This document shows positions 8,967-17,778 of a DNA stretch of 64,000 nt, in pieces. Under the pieces are notes generated by a model. That model was given only the letters and a program-made list of their open reading frames with translations, had not been told where the DNA came from and searched no databases. Source of the DNA: an uncultured virus (IMG/VR IMGVR_UViG_3300025892_000017) (Duplodnaviria > Heunggongvirae > Uroviricota > Caudoviricetes > Crassvirales); the IMG/VR virus record IMGVR_UViG_3300025892_000017; one strand, given 5' to 3'. A program made the position numbers and the translations under genes. Within the stretch, counting starts at the first letter, position 1. Every line of letters begins with the position of its first letter.

Positions 8967-9541
8967 ATCATAAAAAAACAAGTCATCCAGATTATATGCG
9001 TTGGAGAAAAATACTCACTAGATATGGGTTAACAAAAAAACAATATGAGGATAAGCTTAAAAAACAAAATTATAAATGTGGTTTATGTGAACTTACTATA
9101 ATAAATAGAGGTCGTAAAGATTTTTATAACAAACAACACCCTCAAATAGATCATGATCATTCAACAGGTGCAGTTAGAGATTTTCTTTGTAAAAGCTGTA
9201 ATACTAGTTTAGGTCATTTTGAAGTAGGTTTAAAAAAATGGCTTTCTTTGTTTTGTTATATTATAAAGCACAAGTTTAAACACTACATAAATATTAGTAA
9301 CTTTACAGGTATTATGAAAGCTATAAAAAGAGATTATAAAAAAGAGTACGCTAAGTATGGGTCTAAGCTTAAAGCTAAAAAATACCGCGCAGAGCTTAAT
9401 CAAATTAATAGAAAAAAAGGAAACTACGGGAACGGAGATGGATTAGATGAAGCTCACTATAAAAATGGAGGTAAAACGAGAAAACAAAAAGCATCTATAA
9501 ATAGAGCTAACAATAGGCCTAAAAAAAGGAATAGCGTATAA
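8963..9541 (+). CDS. Endonuclease VII-like (His-Me) nuclease, in frame with a basic RDYKKEY-type domain
   Basis: YGLTKKQYE..KQNYKCGLC...IDHDHSTGAVRDFLCKSCNTSLG is the Endonuclease_7 pattern; probable internal start at 9314. Confidence 0.75.
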   Translation: MNHKKTSHPDYMRWRKILTRYGLTKKQYEDKLKKQNYKCGLCELTIINRGRKDFYNKQHPQIDHDHSTGAVRDFLCKSCNTSLGHFEVGLKKWLSLFCYIIKHKFKHYINISNFTGIMKAIKRDYKKEYAKYGSKLKAKKYRAELNQINRKKGNYGNGDGLDEAHYKNGGKTRKQKASINRANNRPKKRNSV

Positions 9542-9565
9542 GCTATTAAATTTAATATATATATA

Positions 9566-9775
9566 ATGAAATATCTTCTTATTCTCATGGCTGCTATATT
9601 ATTAGCGTCATGTTCTGTGCAAAATAAACACAGACGAGCTCAAGCACGTAAGTACAACCAATGTTGGTGTATAGATCCGTGGGGAGGTGCAGGGGAATGG
9701 TGCTGTGATGGCCCAGCCCCGAAATATATGTCCCCATATAAGCACGGGTGGGGTTACGTTAAAGCAAAATTTTAA
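9566..9775 (+). CDS. Small Cys-rich lipoprotein
   Basis: Signal peptide with lipobox LLAS-C. Confidence 0.6.
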   Translation: MKYLLILMAAILLASCSVQNKHRRAQARKYNQCWCIDPWGGAGEWCCDGPAPKYMSPYKHGWGYVKAKF

Positions 9776-9779
9776 TAAA

Positions 9780-9968
9780 ATGGCAGAATATAAATGTGAG
9801 TGCAAAGATGAAATTGTAAGCAAATCAGGGGTTACAATAAGGCACATCGAGGGTAAGGGTGTGATACACGACATTAAGTGTGAGGATTGCGATAAGTATA
9901 TGACGTTAGCCAACCCTAAATCAGGCGCCCCAGGGTTTAGATCTAACAGATATGGTCAGACGTTTTAA
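9780..9968 (+). CDS. Small zinc-ribbon protein
   Basis: MAEYKCEC...KCEDC; start taken at ATG 9780 rather than 9687. Confidence 0.6.
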   Translation: MAEYKCECKDEIVSKSGVTIRHIEGKGVIHDIKCEDCDKYMTLANPKSGAPGFRSNRYGQTF

Positions 9969-12085
9969 TGAGTGTCTTATTAGACATAAAGGACTATGAA
10001 GAACCCGCTATCAAGATTTGTCCCAACGGTACGGAAGGTGAGATTATCGAGCTCGGTAATTTACTCATTTGTCTTCCAAAAAGGCCGTCTAAGAAAGAAA
10101 TTTTCGGATATAAAAAATCAAACGCTTTGCAGGTGTGGGAAAAGCTACCTTTGCCGCAGGAATTGTCTCGTATTGGTTCTATGGATGAGTGGGAAGAGAT
10201 GCCAAGAGAATTCAGAGCAAGGTTTCGTCCATATATCGAAGAAGAGTTTAGGCGTAGGCGTGAGGGTTTTTGGTTTTATAACAACGGTGAACCTATATAT
10301 ATTACGGGGCGGCATTACATGATGCTCCAGTGGACTAAGTTAGATATTGGATACCCTTACTTTTTAAATTTTCAACGTGAGATATTTTTACACATGGCTG
10401 CTTGCGAGGCTGATCCTCGTTGTATTGGTCAGCTTTATACTAAGTGCCGTCGTTCTGGTTATACCAATATATGCTCTGCTGTACTTGTGGATGAAGCTAC
10501 GCAAGTTAAAGATAAGCTTATGGGGATACAGTCGAAAACAGGAAAGGACGCCCAGGAAAACATCTTTATGAAGAAGGTGGTTTATATGTTTAGAAACTAT
10601 CCATTCTTCTTTAAACCTATACAAGACGGTACAACTAATCCACGTATGGAATTAGCTTTTAGAGAGCCGTCAAAAAGAATAACTAAAAGTAATAAAACTT
10701 CTCAAATGGGGGAAGCTCTTAATACGGTTATAAATTGGAAAAACACAACTAATAACGCATACGATGGTGAGAAACTTCACATATTGTATTTAGACGAAGC
10801 AGGAAAATGGGAAAGACCTACAGACATAAGAGAAGCTTGGAGGATTCAGAGGACTTGTTTGATCGTCGGAAGAAAAATCGTAGGGAAGGCTCTAGTCGGA
10901 AGCACGGTAAATCCAATGGACAAAGGCGGAAGCCAATACAAAGATCTTTGGGAAGATTCGGATCCTTTGACCAGGAACAAGAATGGGAGGACTAAAACAG
11001 GGTTGTATAGACTCTTTATCCCTGCGTACGCTTCTTTAGAAGGCTTCTTTGATAAACACGGTTATCCAGTTATAGATGACCCCGTGGAAACTATAGAGGG
11101 TATAGACGATGAATATATATACACAGGAGCTAAGACTTTTTTAAAAAACGAAAGAGATTCTTTAAAAAGCGATGCTTCGGAGCTTAACGAAGTGGTACGA
11201 CAGTTTCCGTTTACTGAGGATGAAGCCTTCCGAGATAGTATATCTGGTAGCGTTTTTAATATTGGGCAGATATATGAGCAAGTAGAATATAACGATGAGC
11301 TCTTCCCGAACCCAGTAGTTATTGGAAACTTTACATGGAAAGGCGGGATGAAAGACACTGAGGTAGTTTTTAATCCAAATCCTCAAGGTAGGTTTAAGAT
11401 TGCTTGGATGCCACCTGCAGAATTCCGAAACCAAAAAAAAACAGAAAGAGGTAAACGTATCCCCCCTCATTCAAATTACGGGGTAGGGGGAGTAGACTCA
11501 TACGATCTTGACGCTACGGTAGACGGACGAGGTTCTAAAGGTGCATTACACTTATACAACAAGTTTCACATAGAGAACCCGTCTAATATGTTTGTCGTAG
11601 AATATGCTTCTAGACCTCCTTTAGCAAAAATTTTCTATGAAGACGTTTTAATGGCGGCGGTGTTCTATGGTTACCCGATCTTAATTGAGAACAATAAGTA
11701 CGGGATAGCAAGGTACTTTGAGTCAAGGGGTTACGATGGTTATCTAATGGATAGGCCTAAACATTTGCTTACCGCTAGCGCAATAAAGTCTAAAACAAAA
11801 GGTATTCCTTCTAACTCTCAAGATATTATCCAAGCTCACGCTCATGCTATAGAGGCCTTTATACATGACCATGTAGGGGTGAACAGAGAGACAGGGGAGA
11901 TGGGGAAAATGTATTTTAACAAGACGTTAGAGGATTGGATAGGATATAAGATAGACGATAGAACTAAATATGACCTTACTATTAGCTCTGGATTAGCTCT
12001 ATTAGGAGCCCAAAAAGCCAAAACAAAAAAGCCCTCTGATTTAACTGAAAAACGATTCTTTAGGAGATATCAAGTAATCGGATGA
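9968..12085 (+). CDS. terL: Terminase large subunit
   Basis: Walker A-like KCRRSGYT, Walker B LYLDEAGKW, GST coupling motif, nuclease-domain GVDSYD and ENNK; adjacent to portal. Confidence 0.9.
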   Translation: MSVLLDIKDYEEPAIKICPNGTEGEIIELGNLLICLPKRPSKKEIFGYKKSNALQVWEKLPLPQELSRIGSMDEWEEMPREFRARFRPYIEEEFRRRREGFWFYNNGEPIYITGRHYMMLQWTKLDIGYPYFLNFQREIFLHMAACEADPRCIGQLYTKCRRSGYTNICSAVLVDEATQVKDKLMGIQSKTGKDAQENIFMKKVVYMFRNYPFFFKPIQDGTTNPRMELAFREPSKRITKSNKTSQMGEALNTVINWKNTTNNAYDGEKLHILYLDEAGKWERPTDIREAWRIQRTCLIVGRKIVGKALVGSTVNPMDKGGSQYKDLWEDSDPLTRNKNGRTKTGLYRLFIPAYASLEGFFDKHGYPVIDDPVETIEGIDDEYIYTGAKTFLKNERDSLKSDASELNEVVRQFPFTEDEAFRDSISGSVFNIGQIYEQVEYNDELFPNPVVIGNFTWKGGMKDTEVVFNPNPQGRFKIAWMPPAEFRNQKKTERGKRIPPHSNYGVGGVDSYDLDATVDGRGSKGALHLYNKFHIENPSNMFVVEYASRPPLAKIFYEDVLMAAVFYGYPILIENNKYGIARYFESRGYDGYLMDRPKHLLTASAIKSKTKGIPSNSQDIIQAHAHAIEAFIHDHVGVNRETGEMGKMYFNKTLEDWIGYKIDDRTKYDLTISSGLALLGAQKAKTKKPSDLTEKRFFRRYQVIG

Positions 12086-12090
12086 TTTAC

Positions 12091-12098
12091 TATATTTG
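12091..12098 (+). promoter_or_regulatory. Bacteroidota-type -7 promoter element (TATATTTG)
   Basis: TAnnTTTG between terL and portal. Confidence 0.6.
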
Positions 12099-12124
12099 CT
12101 AAATAGAAATACCATATCTTAAGG

Positions 12125-14563
12125 ATGTACAATAACAACAGTAAAAGTAAGCAAGGATTCCCTGATCCGTTAGAGTCTACGGAAAAAAAGCAAGGGAAAG
12201 AGTATGGTATTCAGTATGCAAAAGCTATTGAGTCTCAATGGGGGAAGACTACTGATGAGTCCTCTTTAGTAGGTAAAAGGAATAGAGTCTTTGAAAAAGA
12301 TAGAGATTATGCTATTGGGGTTCAGGACACAAGTATATATAAACAGCTATTAAACTCCCTCCAGCCGAATAAAGCTGACGGAGCTTTGTTGAACATGGAT
12401 TACACTCCAGTTCCTATCCTACCTAAATTTGTAAGGGTTGTAGTTAATAAAATTTTATCTGTAAATCCTTATCCCAATCTAGAAGCGGTAGACCCTTTAT
12501 CTTCGTCTGAGAAAAACGAGAAGAAAAAGAAAGTGTTAATGCAAGTGGCTTCAAAAGGGAAGCTAACAGAGTTAAAAGAAAAAACAGGGATTGTATTAGA
12601 TATGGATCCAGATTCTATCCCAGACACCCCTGAAGAAGCCGAAATATTATTTGAAACAAATATCAAGAGCGACGGAGAGATTTCTGCACAACTTGGAACG
12701 GAACTTACTTTAACTTGGAATAATTTCGTAGACAACACCTTTCGTAGGTGTGTTAACGATTTAGCTACTTTAGGTATGTCTGTAGTAAAGAGGTCTAACG
12801 ATCCAAGCGAGGGGATAAAAACATCTTATGTAGACCCTTGTATGTTTATACACAGCTATACAGAAGACCCTAACTTTGATGACCTTATATATGCTGGACA
12901 TATAAAAAAGATTTCTATACAGGAATTAAAACGTATAGCGGGGGAAGAACTTACAGAAGCAGACTTTGAAAAGATAGCGGAAAAATCTAAAGGGAAGAAT
13001 GGGAATGATTCTAGTAGGTATAACAAGAAGAGCTATAACGATTCTTTAGGGGTAACAGGGTTTGGATATGACGAGTATATGGTTGAGGTTTTAGACTTCG
13101 AGTTTATTTCTGTAGATTGTATACATTTTGAAGAGAAAGAAAATCGACACGGGAACACAGGTTTTTATTTTAAAGGCTTTGAGGCTCAGCCTAATAAGAA
13201 TAGCGTATTTGAACGAACCCCACACAAACTAGAAATTTCTACCGTTTATGGTGGTAGCTATGTACTAGGGTGCGAGCAGTTGTTTGGGTATGGGAAGGTT
13301 AAGAATGTACCTAAGAATATCCACGATATATCTAAAGCAAGACTTTCATATTCTGTAACGGCCACTAATATCCGCAACATGATGCCTAAGTCTATGGTAA
13401 ACGGTTGCATAGGGTTTGCAGACATGCTTCAGCTTACTCACTTAAAGATACAGCAGGCTATAGCAAAAGCTAAACCAGATGGATTGATTATAGACATCGA
13501 AGGCTTAGAGAATGTGCAGTTAGGGAAAGGGGGGGAGCTACAACCATTAGACCTTCACGATATATACGAGCAGACAGGTGTCTTTTATTACAGAAGTAAA
13601 AATCCAGAAGGAGGATTCCAAAACCCTCCAGTTAGAGAGATAGGGAATAGTATAAGAAATATCAATGAGCTTATAGGGTTATATAACCACTATTTAGGAT
13701 TAATAAGAGATACAACAGGTATTAACGAGGCTATGGATTCCTCTTCTCCTAAAGGTGATGCTTTAGTTGGGGTTCAAGAGCAAGCTATAGCCGCAGGTAA
13801 TAACGCTATATATGATATAACGAATGCTGCGATGATCTTGTTTAAAAAGGTATGTGAAGATATAGTTAAATGTATCCAGATTATACCTGCTGAGTCTGTT
13901 CTCTATAAAGTATACCAGAATGCTATAGGGGATACTAATATGGAGGCTCTAGCTTCTTTTAAAGATCTCCCTATGTACAACTTCGGGGTGGTTGTTGTGA
14001 AAGATATGGAGGAGAAAGATAAAGTCTATCTAGAGCAAAATATTCAAATGGCTCTTCAGCAACAAGAATTAGATTTAGAAGACGCTATGGCTGTTCGGGG
14101 ATTAAAAGATGTTAATCAGGCAGAAAGGCTTCTTGTTGTCAGACGTAAGAAACGTATGGCTTTACAACAGCAGATAGCTATGCAAAATTCTCAGCAGCAA
14201 GCAGAGATGCAAGCTCAAATAGCTCAACAATCTCAACAAGCTAAAATTTCAGAAATGCAAGCTGCTGCTCAATTAGAGTCTCAAAAGATTCAGATGCAAT
14301 CACAGCTAGATATGAAGATGGAGGCAATGAGGCATGAGTTTAAGAAAGAGATAGAAGTTATTAAAGCTCAAGCTACTCTTGGGTTTAAAGAAGATGACAA
14401 GGAATTTAAAGAAAAGCTAGAGGTTTTAAAAGAAACTCGTAAAGACGATAGATTAGAGCAACAAACTTCTGATCAAAGTAAGCTTATTGCACAAAGGCAA
14501 GGGAAGAGAGATGAGTTGCCTGAAAGCTCAAACAAACTAATTAACGCATTATTAAACGAATAA
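12125..14563 (+). CDS. Portal protein
   Basis: 812 aa directly after terL; PILPKFV, EAVDP and TGINE motifs; Q-rich coiled-coil C-terminus like a P22-type portal barrel. Confidence 0.85.
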   Translation: MYNNNSKSKQGFPDPLESTEKKQGKEYGIQYAKAIESQWGKTTDESSLVGKRNRVFEKDRDYAIGVQDTSIYKQLLNSLQPNKADGALLNMDYTPVPILPKFVRVVVNKILSVNPYPNLEAVDPLSSSEKNEKKKKVLMQVASKGKLTELKEKTGIVLDMDPDSIPDTPEEAEILFETNIKSDGEISAQLGTELTLTWNNFVDNTFRRCVNDLATLGMSVVKRSNDPSEGIKTSYVDPCMFIHSYTEDPNFDDLIYAGHIKKISIQELKRIAGEELTEADFEKIAEKSKGKNGNDSSRYNKKSYNDSLGVTGFGYDEYMVEVLDFEFISVDCIHFEEKENRHGNTGFYFKGFEAQPNKNSVFERTPHKLEISTVYGGSYVLGCEQLFGYGKVKNVPKNIHDISKARLSYSVTATNIRNMMPKSMVNGCIGFADMLQLTHLKIQQAIAKAKPDGLIIDIEGLENVQLGKGGELQPLDLHDIYEQTGVFYYRSKNPEGGFQNPPVREIGNSIRNINELIGLYNHYLGLIRDTTGINEAMDSSSPKGDALVGVQEQAIAAGNNAIYDITNAAMILFKKVCEDIVKCIQIIPAESVLYKVYQNAIGDTNMEALASFKDLPMYNFGVVVVKDMEEKDKVYLEQNIQMALQQQELDLEDAMAVRGLKDVNQAERLLVVRRKKRMALQQQIAMQNSQQQAEMQAQIAQQSQQAKISEMQAAAQLESQKIQMQSQLDMKMEAMRHEFKKEIEVIKAQATLGFKEDDKEFKEKLEVLKETRKDDRLEQQTSDQSKLIAQRQGKRDELPESSNKLINALLNE

Positions 14564-14564
14564 A

Positions 14565-15065
14565 ATGGCTAGCTCAGTAAACTTAGATACTTCAGATGTA
14601 TTAAATATAACGTGTAGGAAAGGAGATACCTTTTCTATTACGATTACTTTAAAAAATTCTGCAGGTACACTACTTACATTATCTACAAGTGGGTATACTT
14701 TTTTAATGCAAGTGAAGTCTAAAAGCGTAACTAAAAGAGGTAGGTCATCTACATCATCTTTAATCTTAGGTACGCCTAACGCTGCAGCTAAAGATCAAGT
14801 GAGAGTTAAATCTAAATCTAAAACTGAAACGCTAAGTATTCCTGCTGCCTCTACGGGTAATACTTTTGAAACCCCTACATTAGACGATGTGGGTAATGTA
14901 ACTATAGAGGCTTCTGCGGAGACTATGAGTCAGGTTCCTTCTGGGAGCTACTCTTATGACCTTCAGTACATACTACCTAGTAGTACTGGCTTAGATACTC
15001 ATAGAACAGTGTTAAGAGGGAAGTTTACTGTCAATCCAGATATAACTGAAGCCTTTGAGAAGTAA
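14565..15065 (+). CDS. Ig-like structural/adaptor protein
   Basis: RKGDTF...GSYSYDLQ...LRGKFTV pattern of BppU-N-like domains. Confidence 0.5.
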   Translation: MASSVNLDTSDVLNITCRKGDTFSITITLKNSAGTLLTLSTSGYTFLMQVKSKSVTKRGRSSTSSLILGTPNAAAKDQVRVKSKSKTETLSIPAASTGNTFETPTLDDVGNVTIEASAETMSQVPSGSYSYDLQYILPSSTGLDTHRTVLRGKFTVNPDITEAFEK

Positions 15066-15235
15066 TGAGTATATCTGTAAGTACATCCCTTGATGATAGT
15101 GTTAGCGTATCTGTTAACAACAGCGTTGTTGCAAATTTTACAAAAAGTAGTTCATCTGTATCTGTAATGCCTCCAGCTGCTTCTTCTACAATATTAACTG
15201 ACAAATTGATTAGATCAATACAAGTGGTCGTTTAG
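15065..15235 (+). CDS. 56-aa S/V-rich hypothetical protein (not in the ORF track)
   Basis: TAATG-coupled start; MSISVSTSLDD...IQVVV. Confidence 0.5.
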   Translation: MSISVSTSLDDSVSVSVNNSVVANFTKSSSSVSVMPPAASSTILTDKLIRSIQVVV

Positions 15236-15248
15236 CAACATAAGAAAC

Positions 15249-16334
15249 ATGAAAAAACTATTATTTTTATTATTCTTTCTACCGATAACTGTTTTTAGTC
15301 AAGGAGCTGTAAAAAAGTTTTTTAAGTACAGCACTTTTTACACTTCGTTTAATCAGTCAAACTCTATGGTTCAAGAGAGTACGTATGCCGTGCGTGACGG
15401 TGTGCTTACTACAATACCTATGAATAATCTACCTAATTACACTTTTTCAATTGGTTTAAGAAAGTTAGCTCGGTTTGACTATGAAAACAAAGCTAGAGCT
15501 TTCTACGATGGTTCTGAGGTGTCAATGACGGAGGAAGTCAACGTGGGGCATGTTAGTGGGTTCGAGTATGTATTTGAACGCTCTGACGCAAGGCTTACGG
15601 GTCGAGAGGCTAAGAATCAAAGATACTTTCTTAGACACCTTTCAAAAAGGTTTGTAGCAGAGATAGATTTTATGGAGGACGGGTTATCAGATATAAAATA
15701 TTTAGAGACCGCTTTAAAACTTAGACTTAAAGCTGGTAAGAAGTTAAATTTTACCGCAGGGGTTGCGTGGCGTAGACACCCTGCATACGGTGTAGATCCT
15801 ATTACGGATTGGATGTCAACCAATAACGGGGCATGGTGGCTTCTTGCTTATGATTACGGGTATACGGATCAATGGATGTACATGGATTCAAACGACAACG
15901 ATGTTTATGATAGCGGTGAGTGGAGCGATTGGGAATGGTATGGACCAGAAGGCAACTTAGTTGCAGAGACCGATTCGGAGTTTAGACGTTACAGGTACGG
16001 GAATATAGTTAATCAATACAACAGGGATATTAAACGTTCTTTACCTCAGCAGTATCAATTTTCAGCAGCGGTAGGTTTAGACTTTTACCACTACTCAAAA
16101 GACTTTTGGTTGCACGCATGGGGGAACGTTATGCCATACCATAAAGAGCTAGGAGCTTACGAATACTCATACGGTAGGCTACATGGCGGTCAATGGGTTG
16201 ACTATAACGTAGGTGTTGTCTTCGGTGCTAAGATTGGTAAACATTTTGGTATCTTTACAGAAGGGAAGTACAACGAGTATTGGGGGAGACCTTACGGAAG
16301 TGCAACTATGGGAATAAATTACGTAATATTATAA
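15249..16334 (+). CDS. Putative outer-membrane beta-barrel protein
   Basis: Sec signal MKKLLFLLFFLPITVFSQ; aromatic amphipathic strands; terminal strand GINYVIL. Confidence 0.65.
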   Translation: MKKLLFLLFFLPITVFSQGAVKKFFKYSTFYTSFNQSNSMVQESTYAVRDGVLTTIPMNNLPNYTFSIGLRKLARFDYENKARAFYDGSEVSMTEEVNVGHVSGFEYVFERSDARLTGREAKNQRYFLRHLSKRFVAEIDFMEDGLSDIKYLETALKLRLKAGKKLNFTAGVAWRRHPAYGVDPITDWMSTNNGAWWLLAYDYGYTDQWMYMDSNDNDVYDSGEWSDWEWYGPEGNLVAETDSEFRRYRYGNIVNQYNRDIKRSLPQQYQFSAAVGLDFYHYSKDFWLHAWGNVMPYHKELGAYEYSYGRLHGGQWVDYNVGVVFGAKIGKHFGIFTEGKYNEYWGRPYGSATMGINYVIL

Positions 16335-16336
16335 AA

Positions 16337-16621
16337 ATGGCTCAAGAAATTGGAGAAAAAACGCAAGTAACGCTAGATCTTAAAACAATAGGGATGGGGG
16401 TTGTAGGATTAGGATCATTAATTGCAATGTGGTTTGCTTTACAAGCTGATATAGCATTAGCAAAAGAGTTGCCTGTAGCTCCCGATCCAGAAATAACTCG
16501 CATGGAGTTTGATATGAAAGATCAGTTAGTCCGTCAAACTATTATGACAACCCAAGAAGACGTTATAGAAATAAAAGCTGATTTAAAAAGCATTGAAAGA
16601 AAAATTGATGAACTAAAATAA
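16337..16621 (+). CDS. Single-TM plus coiled-coil membrane protein
   Basis: IGMGVVGLGSLIAMWFAL followed by a heptad tail; start taken at ATG 16337. Confidence 0.6.
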   Translation: MAQEIGEKTQVTLDLKTIGMGVVGLGSLIAMWFALQADIALAKELPVAPDPEITRMEFDMKDQLVRQTIMTTQEDVIEIKADLKSIERKIDELK

Positions 16622-16627
16622 CTCCTA

Positions 16628-16984
16628 ATGAAAACCTTACTCCTTACTTTTACGCTATTTTTATTTACTACGGTAATGTACGTTTCTACTCCACCTACAG
16701 AATTGATTGAAGGAGTTTGTGTAATAGAGTTTAATGCTAGTTTTAACGCCTCTAATAGCGTTAGCTGGATGGATAATCTTAGCGATTGTAAAGGTAAAAG
16801 AATAGATATATCTTCTAACCCTGATAAGCAAAAAGAACATAATATAGTTGTTGTCCCTACAATTATAATATTCAATAAAGGAGAAGAGGTAAAACGATTT
16901 CAAGCGAATATTATGATGCAGTTAGAGGCCACTCAAGATGATATTCAAGATGCGGTGGATGATATTTTAATGAGTTCGTTTTAA
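16628..16984 (+). CDS. Exported thioredoxin-fold protein lacking CxxC
   Basis: Hydrophobic N-terminus; VIEFNASFN in place of WCxxC; VVPTIIIFNKGEEVKRF. Confidence 0.65.
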   Translation: MKTLLLTFTLFLFTTVMYVSTPPTELIEGVCVIEFNASFNASNSVSWMDNLSDCKGKRIDISSNPDKQKEHNIVVVPTIIIFNKGEEVKRFQANIMMQLEATQDDIQDAVDDILMSSF

Positions 16985-17019
16985 TTGTTATCTTTACACA
17001 ACGGTAATAAACACAAATA

Positions 17020-17778
17020 ATGATAGGTCTAGGATTAAACGCAACGAAAAACCCCACGGTAAAAAAGACTATCGTACGCGATGGTTTAGTCTTGCGTCAC
17101 GATTATAAAGACAGACCTGTAGAGCTTTGTAGTTCTGGTGCGGCGGATATTAACGCTGATGGTGATTCTAACGAATACATAGATGTTGGCCCTATAACAA
17201 TAGGGACTGGAGATGTATCATTAAGCGCTTGGGTTAATGTATCCACATTTGTTAATCTAGGAGGTATTATTTCAAACAGACAAACCGCTTCGACTTACCC
17301 AGGTTTAGAAATTAGGACAAGAGATAGTAGTAAAATAGAAATAGCTATCGACGATGGGGGCAGTAACACTGAATCTATATCAGGTGCTTTGAATACCAAT
17401 CAATGGTATCATGTTTGCGCTGTTTTTGACAGAAGCGATAAGCAGTTTTTATATATAGATGGCGTTTTAGTAGATAGTGATGATATAACTAGTGAAAATC
17501 TAACTTTAAATCATAGCGATAGTGTACTTATAGGAAGGCGTGATACAACAGGTTATGATTTTCAAGGTTACATCTGCAACGTAGGTTACTGGAACGCAGC
17601 TCTAACCCAACCTCAAGTCAAGTCTATCATGAACAAAAACTACGCAGCGTTATCCGCTAGCGAGAAAACGAATTTAGTTAGTTGGTGGAATTTGGATGAA
17701 GAAACAAATGTAGATGGAACAGCAGGTACAGGTGGTGTTAAAGACCACGAAGGATCTAATCACGGAACTTTAGAATAA
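17020..17778 (+). CDS. LamG/concanavalin A-like lectin-domain virion protein
   Basis: SLSAWVN, NQWYHVCAVFD, LYIDGVLV, FQGYICNVGYWN. Confidence 0.8.
   Translation: MIGLGLNATKNPTVKKTIVRDGLVLRHDYKDRPVELCSSGAADINADGDSNEYIDVGPITIGTGDVSLSAWVNVSTFVNLGGIISNRQTASTYPGLEIRTRDSSKIEIAIDDGGSNTESISGALNTNQWYHVCAVFDRSDKQFLYIDGVLVDSDDITSENLTLNHSDSVLIGRRDTTGYDFQGYICNVGYWNAALTQPQVKSIMNKNYAALSASEKTNLVSWWNLDEETNVDGTAGTGGVKDHEGSNHGTLE

Noticed and set aside
9455..9475. HYKNGG as another copy of the [YF]xxGG tag
   Set aside because: It lies inside an HNH-like motif (DEAH...) rather than at a terminus or junction; likely coincidental
16628..16984. Active thioredoxin as an auxiliary metabolic gene
   Set aside because: The CxxC active site is absent, so only the fold is supported
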